From assembly GCA_951406725.2 (NCBI GenBank), contig OX597839.1, forward strand, positions 11,718,001-11,782,000: DNA of 64,000 nucleotides, given 5' to 3'. The notes under the pieces were generated by a model that made no database searches, was not told the origin of the DNA, and saw only the letters and a list, made by a program, of their open reading frames with translations. Below are positions 39,789 to 54,250 of the stretch, in pieces (position 1 is the stretch's first letter; the number at the start of each line of letters is the position of its first letter). The translations under genes were made by a program, and so were the position numbers. Origin of the DNA: Octopus vulgaris. Taxonomy: Eukaryota.

Positions 39789-39944
39789 GACTTGCTATGT
39801 GTGTATAAATCTCTGCGTCTATATCTGTGTAAAAATCTGTCTATATCTATGTGCCACAATTTCTGCGTGTATGTCGAGCTCTCTGTTTCGGCCTCTGTGC
39901 GACTGTAGCAGATGTGTGTCGATCTTAGTATATCCATATACGTA

Positions 39945-40612
39945 GTGAAAGCGCACGGCTCAGTGACTCACGATCGTGAGGTTGTGAGTTCGATTCCCGG
40001 CGATGCCACGTGTCCTTGATCAAGACACTTTACGTCACGTGGTTCCAGTTCACTCACCTGGCAAAAAATGAGTTGTAGCCGTAATTCAAAAGGGCCAGCC
40101 TTGTCACATTCTGTGTCACGCTGAGTCTCTCTGAGAACTACGATAAGGGTACGCGTGTCTGAGAAGTGATTAGCCATTTACATATTAACTAGCACTATGA
40201 CACGGCAACGCCGGGTCATAGTGCTAGTGCATGCATATACAGCTGCGTGCATGCGCACATACACGTGAGTACTGTCCAAATCTCCGACCAATCACATACA
40301 GCTAGCTGGCATTCAATTGGCGTATCAAGTTTCGGGCATTTTGATTGGGTTTTGGATAGAAAATTCATAAAAAAGTCACTTCTTTGATTTTTTGATGGCT
40401 TTGCGGGGTGACTGGGGAATTGTAAAGATGTGCACGATCACCCTTGGATGGTTTTGAATGACCATAGAAAGTGCAAGCCCTCTGAAAAATTGTGGATTTG
40501 TATAAAGGAAACACATACAGACATTTTGCTGTTTATATATAGAGAGATTTCACGAGCAGACTTCCGCTCATCGTATCAGCTGGAACCCTCGTCATCGTAA
40601 CTGACGATGTGC
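39945..40612 (+). mobile_element. SINE family E interrupted by a Helitron
   Basis: The two halves join to match the uninterrupted copy at 60360-60660 (TTAA|TTTCACGAGCA). Confidence 0.8.
40189..40547 (-). mobile_element. Non-autonomous Helitron
   Basis: Minus strand starts TC and ends CTAG; inserted between A and T with no TSD; terminal hairpin 40188-40228. Confidence 0.88.
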
Positions 40613-40779
40613 AAGTTACCTATACACGTGTGTCAACCTGTGTCCTATATGCGTGCATCCTCATCCTCTGTGTATCTACATTACAGCTTGTCGATTTTGG
40701 TATAACCAAACTCAATATGAATGTAACTATATCTGCATATAAAGCAGATGATGGTTAACTATTGTCACATTCCACACGG

Positions 40780-41055
40780 TGGAGGTACATGGCCTAGTGG
40801 TTAGAGCAGCGGACACGCGGTCGAGAGATCGCGGGTTCGAATCTCAAACCGGGCAATGTGTGTGTTTATGAGTGAAACACCTAAGCTCCACACGGCTCCG
40901 GCAGAAGGTAATGGCGAAACTTCTGCTGACTCTTTCGCCACAACTTTCTCTCACTCTTTCCTCTTGCATCTTGCAGCTCACCTGCGACGGACCGGCGTCC
41001 CGTCCAGGTGGGGAACCTATACGCCAAGGAAACCGGGAAACTGGCCCTTATGACC
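40780..41055 (+). mobile_element. SINE family B
   Basis: Near-identical to 3660-3962. Confidence 0.88.
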
Positions 41056-41543
41056 CTTATTTCAAATTTTACGTTTGCCTTTCTTCCTTTCGGGGGTCAG
41101 TAAAACGAAGCTTCAGACTAACGCATTTCCCCACCCCCCACTTCAAAACGACCGGCCTTGTGCCTAAGTCAGTAACAATGTAACATCTCTGTAAAAATTG
41201 TTTCCTGTATTGTAATGCGCGCGCGCACACGCACGTGATTGTTGTGTGTGTGTGTGTGTGTGTAGTTTGGAAAGTAAATGTGAGAAGAACTCAATATGTG
41301 TAGTAGTAGTAGTAGTAGTAATTCTTTATTCATGTAGTACCGTTTGCGGTAAAGTTCCATCGCAAATGAATTTAACGAGAATGACTTCATTTGTATGTAC
41401 GTATGTATGTATGGATGGATGTATGTATGTAAGAATGGTTGTGTATATATATATATATGTATGTGTGTATGCATGTGTGTGTGTTTGTGTATGTATATGT
41501 GTATGTATGCGTTATGCATGTATGTATGTGCGTATGTATATGA

Positions 41544-41589
<46 letters not shown>

Positions 41590-41902
41590 GTGAGTTTGTG
41601 TGTGTGAATGTCTTTATACAATTGTACACACACACACAAGTATATGCGTGTATGTATTTATATACACAATTCTTTATAGAAGTGTAGTTTTATATATATG
41701 TGTGTGTATACACACACACATACATATTATGTATGCGTGTGTATATGTCCTTTCACAAATATAACCGAATATATATATAATATATAATATATATATATAG
41801 ATAGATAGATAGATATAAATATATATGTATACATATATATGTGTAGTTTACATACACACAAATACATATATATATATATATGGCTTTATAAAAGTATAGG
41901 TT

Positions 41903-41944
<42 letters not shown>

Positions 41945-42586
41945 GCGCGCATGGTTATGTACAAGTGTAGCTATTCTCGTTAATTTTGTTTGCGATAGAA
42001 ATGCGTCAATTTTTCACAGCCGAACCTCTGGCTTTCATTAAGTAGGACATATCATTCGGATGACGTAAGATGGCGGCTAACTGTTAATTAAATGCTCTTT
42101 TAAATCCCTACAACTAACACTTCAATCGAATAACCAGCTTTTTATTGCTTACTTCTTGCCGTGAAATCCAATCATGGCAACCAATTTCACAGTTTGTTTG
42201 ATGCAAATAGATACACACATACACACACATTCGTGTGTACGTACGCATAAACACAGATACAAATTCATTAAGAAAGACACACACACACACACAAATACAA
42301 AATTTGTAAGTTTATATATACATGCATACACACACACACATACATATATATTTAATCACATATACACACATGCAAGTACGCACAAATACAGATACTCATT
42401 CATTGAGAAAGACACACACATACGCATACACAATTTATATATGTACATATCTACACACATTTATATATGACTGTGTATACGCATAGAAATGTATATATGC
42501 GACTATTGATGTATATATATGTAGACAGAGACAGATATTTATACCTTTATTTGTTTATTTATATATATATATATATATGTTTGTAT

Positions 42587-42638
<52 letters not shown>

Positions 42639-43198
42639 CTATCTATCTATATATATATATATGTATAAACATACATATACACACGATTTATATATATGTA
42701 TGTGTGTATATGAATATATACAGATATAAATCAGACACACACACACAAGCATATATATATATATATATATATATATACCATTCATACATATATGCGTGTA
42801 TGTGCTTGTGTGTATGTATGTGTGTATTTGAACACTCACACTCACACACACACACACTCACACACACACACGTGTGCGCATGCGTACACGAACCGCAAGC
42901 CAGTCACGTACACATTCTCAGAATACAGACTTCATACTCTACTGCATGGTCGTTTACATTACCATTAAATCTACTGAATTTCATAAACCAATTCCTTGTG
43001 CACTAGACGTGAAGCTGTCACATTTAATCCCTTAATACCAGCACCTACATGATGTCCCCTGGATATGCTGCCAGTCTAACTTCCCACTTTAGAAATTTAT
43101 TATCAACTACCATGTACCAAACCTACAGTCAAACAAATCCCCTTCATGTTGGACTAATAGGTTGTATTCTGTGTTACTTTAACGTGTGGGGGTACCTA

Positions 43199-43545
43199 TT
43201 TTAGTCTACAGTCTACCTGGCCATTTACGTTTTAGTCTACAGTTTACCTGGCCATGTACGTTTTAGTCTGCGGTCTACCTAGCCATTTATGTTTTAGCCT
43301 GCAGTTTACCTGGCCATTTACGTTTTAGTCTACGGTCTACCTGGCCATTTACGTTTTAGTCTACAGTTTACCTGGCCATTTACGTTTTAGTCTACAGTTT
43401 ACCTGGCCATTTATGTTTTAGTCTGCAGTCTACCTGGCCATTTACGGTTTAGTCCGCGGTCTACCTAGCCATTTATGTTTTAGTCTACGGTCTACCTGGC
43501 CAATTACGTTTTAGTCTGCAGTCTACTTGGCCAATTACGTTTTAG
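43199..43545 (+). repeat. ~11 copies of a 31-bp tandem repeat TTTTAGTCTACAGTTTACCTGGCCATTTACG
   Basis: Directly visible; no spacers. Confidence 0.95.
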
Positions 43546-43762
43546 CTTGTAATCTAACTCTAATCATAAACCTTTACCCAAACCTAATCCTAAATCCCAA
43601 ATTTTAACCCTCAACCTAACCCTAAAAACAACTCAAACCTAACCTTAAACCCTAACTTCTAACACTAAACCTCAAACTTAACCCAAATCCTAAACCTAGC
43701 TCTGACTCTAAACTCTGACCCCAAATCTAACCCTAGCTCTAATCTAAAATCCTAATCCTAAT
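43546..43762 (+). repeat. Degenerate interstitial telomere-like (CCCTAA)n tract
   Basis: AACCCTAA, AACCTAA and ATCCTAA variants. Confidence 0.8.
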
Positions 43763-43791
43763 CAAGATCAAGGTTATTTCACAATATAGAC

Positions 43792-43963
43792 CAGTGCTTC
43801 GCAACCTTTTTCCACTTGTGGTACACTTATGTTCTTTTCAAAATTCAGCGGCACACCTGAACTCAAAATATAACTAAAAGTATATTCAGGTTATAACTGC
43901 AGCACACCTAGCATCATCTCGTGGCACACCAGTGTGCCATGGAGTACCGGTTGCGGAGCACTG
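43792..43963. mobile_element. hAT (Charlie-like) MITE
   Basis: TIR CAGTGCTTCGCAACC / GGTTGCGGAGCACTG; perfect 8-bp TSD ATATAGAC. Confidence 0.9.
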
Positions 43964-44489
43964 ATATAGACTACGGATTTTGCGGTAGACCGCACGTTAA
44001 AGCGGCACCTTGCATTCTTTTATATAAAGTTACTGCCGTCGCTGATCGTCTGGATTCCCACTACACACACATACACACACACCACTCCCTCCAAATGCTG
44101 ACATGTCTTCTTTCATCCCAACAAAACAAGCTACCTGTTACAGTGGTCCCTATCACTATGGAGTTCTTCGATTTATTTCTCTCTACAGATGTTAATATGC
44201 AGGTAGTAAATTAGTAGAGAACCAGACAGGACACCTCGAAGTATTTCTTCCCGGACGCCTGAGTTCTGAGATCAAATTCCACACGCAGTGATCTACAGAT
44301 GCTCAGACGTAACATCAACCAACATAATTTCTCACCAAAATTCTAGGCGCAGGCATCGTTAAGTGATTAAGGAACTCACTTTGCAGCCTGTTGTCTCTGG
44401 TTCAATCCCACTAAGCGGTACTATAGCTCCGGGCTGATCAATGCTTTGCTCGAAGAATCTCACGGTTTTTTCGCTTTATTTCTAGCCCC

Positions 44490-44799
44490 ATTTGTTTGTT
44501 TGTTCCTTCTCGAGCCATGCCTGGCTCCTAAGGGCCGGTTTCCCGGTTTCTTTGGCGTATAGGTTCCCCAGCTGGGCGGGACGCCGGTCCGTCGCAGGTG
44601 AGCTGCAAGAGGAAAGGGTGAGATGCAGGAGGAAAGTTGTGGCGAAAGAGTCAGCAGAAGTTCGCCATTATTTTCTGCCGGAGCCGCGTGGAGCTTAGGT
44701 GTTTCGCTCATAAACACACATATCGCCCGGTCTGAGATTCGAACCCGCGATCCCTCGACCGCGAGTCCGCTGCTCCAACCACTAGGCCATGTGCCTCCG
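44490..44799 (-). mobile_element. SINE family B
   Basis: Reverse complement of the 3660 copy. Confidence 0.88.
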
Positions 44800-45413
44800 T
44801 ACGGCTTATTATTTCTTTTTTTATCTAGCACTATGTCTTTCTCCATTTCTAAGTTAAGGGTTAAAATAAACCAACCCTGCAAAACACAATCGATCTTTAC
44901 ACACAGACGCACAGAATAACATCAATCAAATAACGACAGCAGAGTGCACAATAAACATTGGCGAGCTGACTGTCGTCTGTAGTCTTGATAAGAGTTAGTC
45001 TTTTACACCTACCAGGCTCGTTCGTATTAGCTCTAGTTACTGGATAATTTTTCGTCTTTAAGAATATTATAGAACGGCAACTTTTCATTGACTGGAATTT
45101 AAATCCTAATCTCTATAGAAATTTATTGCTTCAAGAAAACATTGAATTTGAATTACTTTTAAATTTTACGACTATAGATAACAACTCGGGCTGTAACATA
45201 TTGAACCCGAGTCAAGCGCGTGTGAACGATGTCGAGAGAACGTCTGCTACGAATGATATTTTTTTGACACAGGGCATCTCTAGGACGACCGCCAGACGCT
45301 GAACGAAAATAAAAGATCTGCGACCAGGCTCAATAAAAGGAGCCCGAGTTATTGGCTGCAACTGCATACTGGAAGTTAGTGTTGGCAGAAATTAAATCAG
45401 CTTGCAAATACAC

Positions 45414-45559
<146 letters not shown>

Positions 45560-45572
45560 TATATATATGTGT

Positions 45573-45614
<42 letters not shown>

Positions 45615-45638
45615 TATATATATCATATATATATGTGT

Positions 45639-45675
<37 letters not shown>

Positions 45676-45676
<1 letters not shown>

Positions 45677-45840
45677 GCGTAGGAGTGGCTGTATGGTAAG
45701 AAGCTTGTTTACCAACCACATGGTCCCGGGTTCACTCCCACTGCGTGGTACCTTGAGCAAGTGTCTTCTACTATAGCCTCGGGCCAACCAAAGCCCTGTG
45801 AGTGGATTTGGTAGACGGAAAGTGAAAGAAGCCCGTCGTA

Positions 45841-45889
<49 letters not shown>

Positions 45890-46063
45890 TTATGTATGTG
45901 TGTGTTTGTGTGTCTCCGTTTGTCCCCCCAACATCGCTTGACAACCGATGCTGGTGTGTTTACGTTCCTGTAACTTAGCGTTTCGGCAAAAGAGACCGAT
46001 TTGCTCAACTAAAGGCGGTGCTCCAGCATGACCACAGTCAAATGATTGAAACAAGTAAAAGAG
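45676..46063 (+). mobile_element. SINE family A
   Basis: Family consensus. Confidence 0.88.
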
Positions 46064-46101
<38 letters not shown>

Positions 46102-46466
46102 GCACATCACTATATATCCTCTTTTCTCCCCATACGTTGCTTCCTTATCTCTCCTCTTACTATCACCCACAGTACTCCCTTCTTTACAATTGTCTTCCAG
46201 AAACTCCCTTCTTCGCAGTTAGCTTCCAGAAACATATCGACTCGGTATTAATATGAAATGTGAGGTGTGCTTCTCTGAAAGCGAGTGTGTTTGTATGTGT
46301 GTGTGTGTATACATACTTAATCGTGTATACACCTGTATGGGCATCGGTCTGTACCTGTATCAGTGCGTGTGTGAGTGTCTACATGCATATGTATGTGTGT
46401 GTGTGTGTGTAGCTGTATCTATCAGTGTGTGAACACACACTTCTGTATGTGTAGGCATGTCAATAT

Positions 46467-46506
<40 letters not shown>

Positions 46507-47009
46507 ACACACGCAAACATACACATGTATGTGTGTATATGTGAATCTGTATATATACACGATCATTAATTTGGTAGAACTTCTGAGAATCGCTTTTTTT
46601 TGTCTGACAAGAGTTCTGCTACAGTAGACCACTTCAGGGAATATATTTTACCACTACCTCCAACACACACACACACATACGTGTGTGTATGTATATACAA
46701 AAGCATGTAAGCATATATAAGCATATACATGAATATATATATATATATATATGAATGTGTGTGTGTATATATATGCATAATAATATATGTATACATACAT
46801 GAATATATATATATATGTGTATATATATATGTATGCATATATATGCATGTATATATTTATATCTGCATATCTATGTATGTATATGTGCATACATGCATAC
46901 ACGTGCATATATATGTGTGTGTGTAGGAATAAAAGCAGTGCCACAGATCTCACACACATAAAAAAAATATTAAAAATAAGGTAAAAAGCATAAAATACTA
47001 CTTGAGACA

Positions 47010-47086
<77 letters not shown>

Positions 47087-47114
47087 CAACAACAACAACG
47101 ATAATACCAACGAC

Positions 47115-47147
<33 letters not shown>

Positions 47148-47673
47148 GTAACTAGTCGTCTTTACAAACGATAATTGACGAAATATCAAAGTAGTTTTTT
47201 AATATTTTTTATGTTGATGTATGTTAGAACAGCAGACTTTAGATAGAATCGTTACGTTCAAGATTTTTACCAATTCCTTCAGGTTTTTTTTTTATATATA
47301 TTTCTTTTTGTTCGTTTCTATGAATACATATATATATATATATTATTTATTTATTTTATTTATTATTTATTTAGTTTTTTGGGGAGGGTGTTTTTTTTTT
47401 ATGGCAATTTTTTTTCTGTATTGATTTAGTGAAAGATGGCGGTAAAATATGCAGAGATAAAAAGGAGAAAGACAGATAAACAGATAGAGAGATAGTGATG
47501 AGTGAGGGAGAGAGAGAGAGAGAAAGAGAGAAGGAGAGGGACGGGGTGAAAGAGAAAGAGGAGTCAGGAAACACTGAGTTATTATAATTTATCTCCCTTT
47601 GCAATCTTACTCCACGATGTCTCGTAGTCATTAGGCAAATTGAGAAGCCGACCTTTTCTAGATTCCGTCTGGA

Positions 47674-47735
<62 letters not shown>

Positions 47736-47907
47736 AGTCTCTTTCTCTCTCTAACTGCATTTGTTTCTTTATATCTCTCTGTCACACTCACTCCTTCCAT
47801 CCCCACTCTCTCTCTCTCTCTCTATCAATCTATCTATCCATCTGCATTTGTATGTCTACCTGTCTGTCTCTGTGAAGGAAGAGAGAGAATGAGAGAAAGA
47901 AGGCGAT

Positions 47908-47942
<35 letters not shown>

Positions 47943-48284
47943 CAACAGAGAAACCTCCATGAAGATGCTCTACATCCTAGAAATAGCAGCCATCTCCCAC
48001 AAACTATCTCAAACATTCTCTGAAACCATCCCTGTCTCTAACTCCATTTATTTCTTTATATCTCTCTGCCACAGTCACTCCTTCCATTCCTACTCTCTCT
48101 CTCTCTATCTATCTATCTATCCATCTGCATTTGTATGTCTACCTGTCTGTCTCTCTCCTTCTCTCTCTCTCACTAACTGCATCAGTTTCTTGACATCTCT
48201 CTGCCACTGCCACTCCCTCCGCTCTCCCTCTCTTTCTCTCTCTCTCTCTACCTATTTTTCTTTCTAGCTGTCTCTCTGCATTTA

Positions 48285-48324
<40 letters not shown>

Positions 48325-48731
48325 CTTCCATCTCTCTGTTTCTTTATTGTCTGTACTTATCTCCTTATCTTTCTGTTCTGCAGTGTCTTTCGCTCTCTCT
48401 CTCTCTCTCTCTCTCCCTCCTCCCTATTTATCTATTCATCTCACTTCTTCCACGCACACACGCACACACATACACACATACACACACATACATGCATACA
48501 TACATTCAGACAAACAGACACATGTGGAAACACACGTAAATAGACACATAAAGAGATCCATTTTTGCTTTTGTTTTGTCTTGCAAACACATACAGACAGA
48601 CATACTGACAGACATACAGACAGACAGGTACAAATATGGAGACACACTCACACAAACAAACACACATAAAAAACAAACACCGGCACATCAGGACAAACAA
48701 AACTAATCAAATAATAATGATAATAATAATC

Positions 48732-48770
<39 letters not shown>

Positions 48771-48799
<29 letters not shown>

Positions 48800-49238
48800 A
48801 AGATGGAGAAGAAGAAGAAGAAGATGGAGAAGAAGAAGAAGATGGAGAAGAAGAAGAAGAAGAAGAAGAAGAAGAAGAAGAAGAAGAAGAAGAAGAAGAA
48901 GAAGAAGAAGAAGAAAAAGAAAAAGAAGAAGATGGAGAAGAAGAAGAAGAAGAAGAAGAAGAAAAAGAAGAAGAAAAAGATGGAGAAGATGGAGAAGAAG
49001 ATGGAGAAGATGGAGAAGATGGAGAAGAAGAAGAAAAAAGAAGAAGAAAAAGATGGAGAAGATGGAGAAGAAGAAGAAGAAAAAGAAGAAGAAAAAGATG
49101 GAGAAGATGGAGAAGAGAAGAAGAAGAAGAAGAAGAAGAAGAAGAAGAAGATGGAGAAGAAGAAGAAGAGGAAGTAGAAGAAGAAGAAGAAGAAGAAGAA
49201 GAAGAAGAAGAAGAAGAAGAAGAAGAAGAAGAAGAAGA
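48771..49238. repeat. (GAA)n tract with GATGGA interruptions
   Basis: Directly visible, preceded by (AAT)n. Confidence 0.95.
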
Positions 49239-49443
49239 ATCTCTGTAATGAGATAAACATCTCGATCCTTTCCAAGTACAAAACTTGCACGAGAAAGAAA
49301 AAATAGTCTAAAATAATGCGTCAAAATCCGAGGATGTTGGAAATAAAATAATGAGAATTAGAGTTGAGGCTGTATTTGTGACTTTCGGTGGTTTTCGTTC
49401 TGGTGAAGACGAAAGGTAGGCGAAAAGACATTTGGAGAAACTG

Positions 49444-49745
49444 TTTTACTCGTTTCAGCCATTTGACTGCGGCGGCCATGCTGGAGCACCGCCTTTAGTC
49501 GAGCAAATCGACCCCCAGGACTTATTCTTTGTAAGCCGAGTACTTATTCTATCGGCCTCTTTTGTCGAACCGCTAAGTTACGGTTATATATATATATATA
49601 TATATATATAAGTTACGTATGTATATATAAGTTACGTATATATATACGATAGGCTTCTTTCAGTTTCCATTTACCAAATCCACTGACAAGGCTTTGGTTG
49701 GCCCGAGGTTAGAGTAGAAGACAGCTGCTTCTTACCACACAGCCA
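49444..49745 (-). mobile_element. SINE family A with internal deletion
   Basis: Family consensus tail and partial head. Confidence 0.8.
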
Positions 49746-50029
49746 TGGCTGTGTATAAACAGCGCCAGGGACAAAAATAGCTTATAGGAAGGGCCCAACT
49801 TCATAGATAGGACCGAGTCGATTTTCTGAGGCATTGGGGTGGGGGTGGAGTACGTCTTTTATACTATCAAAAGCAGTAGCTCATTTTGTTTACGCTTAAA
49901 TCCGGCGCCGACCTAGTACCCTTAATCAAAGGCATTCCATCTTGTCTTCACACCCCATGCATAGTATGCATTACCCAACGTGATGTTTACTTCTTAAGAC
50001 GAATTAGTGTGATATAAAAGAGTTTTGGT

Positions 50030-50454
50030 GGATCTTTTCGGTTTGAACGGCACTTTTTTCTAGCGGTGTCATATGAAATTGTCACACATAATTATGACCC
50101 TAGTATCGATCTATTGCATTTCAATCTGCTTTAGGGTTAGGGTTAGTTAGGGTTAGAGGGGTGGGGGAAAGGGTATCTTTTTTCATCACAAATGTAAATA
50201 AACCCAATCTGTTTCTTAAACGAGGGACATTCATACGGCACAGAATGTTTTTTTACCTCAATAGACGTCAGTGATTGGTTGAAATTGCAGAAATTGAAAA
50301 AAACAACAACAAATATTTTACAAACTATAGGATTTCTCAATAAAGCCAATCAAAAAAGATGTTTTATAAATACATTCTACCAGTATACGAAGTTTAAAAG
50401 TGTTTAGTTACCTAGAAATTATGTTAAAAACTGCCGTTCAAACCGAAAAGATCC
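50030..50454. mobile_element. Second copy of the telomere-repeat MITE
   Basis: Same TIRs as 586-1023; its own 8-bp TSD GTTTTGGT (50022-50029 and 50455-50462). Confidence 0.92.
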
Positions 50455-50924
50455 GTTTTGGTTGCTATTTCTAGCGGAGAGCAACACCATGTAACCATCG
50501 GGCTACCTCTGACTACCCCTCCTCTTTACATCTAATTTTCTCCCTTCATGCTGCTCTTCAATTTTTTTTTAATAACTGTAATGAGAAAACCAGCGACTTA
50601 CTGCCCACTATGGTGGTTCTTTGGTGTGTGTGTGGTGTGTGTATGTATGTGTGTGTGTGCGTGCGTGCGGTTGGGGGAGGTGGAGCAGTGTGAGCAGCGG
50701 TAGGAGGAGGTTTCGCTTGTGGGTTCCTTAAACCCGCCCCACGGGGACCCGTTTCTGGTTGAATAACCAAACAGGTTGATACTGACATCATACACAACAC
50801 ACACACGCACGCACACACGCATACGTGCACATGCAAACATGCATATACACATACACAAACCATATTCAAATATATACATATACACAAACATACACACACA
50901 ACCGCATATATATATATATATATA

Positions 50925-50955
<31 letters not shown>

Positions 50956-51046
50956 ATACATACACATATTTATACATAGATACATACACACACATATATA
51001 CTTATACATACATATATACACCCATATATATATACATACATACGTA

Positions 51047-51082
<36 letters not shown>

Positions 51083-51596
51083 CATATATACGCATATATA
51101 TATATATATATAATATACGCACACATACATATATACACACATATATATGCATATACATATATACATATACATATATACATACATGCATACATATACATAC
51201 ATACATACATATACATACATACACATAGATACATGTACATACATACATACACGTATATATACATACATACATATACATACATACATGCATACACATACAC
51301 ATACATATATACATATACATACATGCATGTACCTACATACACTTACATACATATACATACATATATATACATACATACATACACATACATACATATACAT
51401 ACATATACATACATATACATACATACATATATATATATATATACACACAATCACCCACACATATAGACGCAGCAGCATTAACTACATACACACACACGCA
51501 CACATATTACGTGCTGCCAAGAAAAGTAGACCACGGCGTCTCTGAGGCAGTGAAAACTAGACCGGAAGTTGAGCAGAGAGAGAGAAAGAAGGGAAC

Positions 51597-51652
<56 letters not shown>

Positions 51653-52419
51653 AGTTCTGCTTTCCAGATTTAAACATAAATTAGAAGCAATAGGGGGTCT
51701 TTGATCCGACCGAGTGAAAAATTAGGCTTTTATAATCACATCAATAGACTTGGCTGTTTTTTCACTGATATCACACAGACTTAGCACCGCAAATATTCCA
51801 CGTAGTTTTCTTTCTCGCTCTCCCTCATTCTCTCTCTTTCTGTTTCTCATTCTCCTTCTTTTCATGCTCTCTCTCTCTCTCACTCTCTCTCTCTGCTTCT
51901 CTTACTCTCTTTTATCACAGTCAGACTCTTGGCTCTTTTAAGGAAAAAAAATATCACTAATTTATAAATTGCCATTTCTCGCTGGATACGCCACATCCTT
52001 TCAAAACAGCGCCGCCTATAATATAGGCGCAGAACGTGGCCTGGAGGTAAGAAATTTGATTCCAAACCGCATGGTTCCAGGTTCAATCCTACCGCGTGGT
52101 ACCTGGCCAAATGTTGGGGTTCGTAATTGGAAAGAGTTCGGAGTTGGTAAGTGTTGGGCTTGGTAATTAGCAGTCCTGCTCATGGGGCTGACTGGTGGCG
52201 GTGATGTTGGTGTAGGCAATACAGCGTAATATATCCGAGTTGTCGGCAGTCACGGACCTGAAATTAGGGTTAAGGTTAGGGTTTGCCGGAAGGGCATACC
52301 TCTGGCAACAGCAATAAGATAAATCGTATTTCTTATTGATGGGTACTGCCGGTTATTGGAGGATATGCAGTGCTGACAGTTGGGGTCACCGGGTGAATAT
52401 GGTGGTGTTCCGTCAACAA

Positions 52420-53270
52420 TAGTCCACTTGATGATGGGTGTTTCGTCTCGGAGGTCACGGAGTCTCCAGAGAAAACGAGACAGGGAAGTACAGTTTTTTT
52501 TCTGTCCTTGTTTCTGAACGAGTACATATGCTGGGAGCAACTTCTCTTGAAGTAATTAGCTGTCATACCCGTATTAGCTATCATATCCGTATAGTGCCTA
52601 GTAATGCTATCGGATGGGGTATACTACGTCCCTTGAGAGGCAGGATCCTTCTAGAGGGCACATGTCAGGGTTTCGGGAGTTGCAGGTTGGGGTTGGGATG
52701 ATGTTGTCTAAGCAGGAGTAGCTCATTTTGACATGAGGATTGAAGAGTTTATAATACTTGTGGCCTCTGGGGAAGTGTTGGTGGAAACGTCTGTTTTTAA
52801 AATGGGGTTTTATCATATAATTTTCCTTTTCCTAATCCTTTTGGGGTGAGGACAGGATGTTTGGACGTTGTCCACATACGTGAGCTTCTCAGTAAATCCG
52901 CTCCTAGTCAAAGCAGTGGGGGCAGCCCTGCTGAAGATCTCTCTATTTGCCGAGAGATTAGATTTCTAATCTCTCGGGGGAATGATTTGTGTTCTTATGG
53001 ATGTATACTGTTTCCTCGTTAGGCTTCCTGTAGGGTAATATTTGCCTTTATCCAGGTTTAAATTTACGTCTAAGAAATCGACCGTAGTCAGGTTGGCGGT
53101 AACCGTTACGGACAGGACGAACTCCTTGAATATTTCATTCAAGTCCTTCCTGAACCTGTCCATGCTGTGGCCGTTCCTATGGCTTGAGATAGTCAGGCCA
53201 TCGTCCCTATTAGAGGACCGACTTATGTGGGTGGGTACGCTTCTTGAGAGTATCCAACGAATTTGAATCA
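52420..53270 (-). pseudogene. Penelope-like element remnant: RT C-terminal half, Cys linker and GIY-YIG endonuclease
   Basis: RDDGL...TVDFLDVNLNL..YYP (RT/thumb); HFPRGHKYYKLFN..VKMSYSCLDN; CNSRNPDMCPLEGSCL..VVY; GMTANYFKR..QHMYSFR..TSLSRFLWRL..IKWTIV; frameshifted. Confidence 0.87.
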
Positions 53271-53277
53271 TACTGTT

Positions 53278-53325
<48 letters not shown>

Positions 53326-53467
53326 CATACACACACACACCCATCCATATATATATATACACACATATCCATACACATACACACATCCATCCATATATAT
53401 ATATATACACACATATCCATATATATATATCCACACACACATGCATACATACATACACACACACACA

Positions 53468-53507
<40 letters not shown>

Positions 53508-53990
53508 TACATACATACATACATACATACATACATACATGCATGCAAAAGATCGACCCGGTCCTATATCCGAAGTTTGTGCGCTTCAAATTGGCTATTT
53601 TTGTCCCCGACGCTGTATAAGCTAAGCATTAAATAGGACGCCAGAAACGTCTGAGTACAATAACAAAGAGCTCACAGTTAGGTGGACAACGCTGAAGACA
53701 CCAAGTGTTGGTAGGATGCTATAGATTATGTAAGTACCAAATCCAAATTAAATCATTAGATCCGACTCTCGGGTTAGTTCTTGGCGTGGCGTCGGTATAA
53801 AAGAGAACACAAATGACGTTTAAAGTATACGACAGCTGTTTTTATAGAATTTTATTGATGCATTCATGGATTACACCGTAGCACATAATCCACCATCTTT
53901 GGTGGATTATATTAAATTTTAAACAGGTGCGAATTTATACATCAACCTGGACAAATCCAACGTCGTCTGAACACATACACACGCGTGCAC

Positions 53991-54032
<42 letters not shown>

Positions 54033-54071
54033 TTATCTATCTACATGTCTGTCTATCTATCTACATGTCTG

Positions 54072-54143
<72 letters not shown>

Positions 54144-54250
54144 CCTGTCTATCTATCTATCTATCTATCTAACAGAAAGTAACAATAAAATAAAAAAGTT
54201 AAAAAGAATAAATAGAACTACAATGTCAAATATAATGTAATATGATATAG

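Larger units (their letters stand above)
43170..44009. mobile_element. TIR element containing a 31-bp tandem array and degenerate (CCCTAA)n
   Basis: Degenerate TIRs sharing CTTTAACGTG.GG..TACC; flanks TTGTATTC / TTGCATTC (7/8). Confidence 0.55.

Noticed and set aside
43199-43545. CRISPR-like array of 31-bp repeats
   Set aside because: The units are directly tandem with no unique spacers, and the context is eukaryotic with no cas genes.
48636-49324. Arg-rich protamine-like or Lys/Glu-rich ORFs
   Set aside because: They are translations of a (GAA)n microsatellite.
53825-53950. Long-stem-II hammerhead on the minus strand (AAAAC AGCT GTC)
   Set aside because: Both conserved boxes are mutated and stem I is not identifiable.
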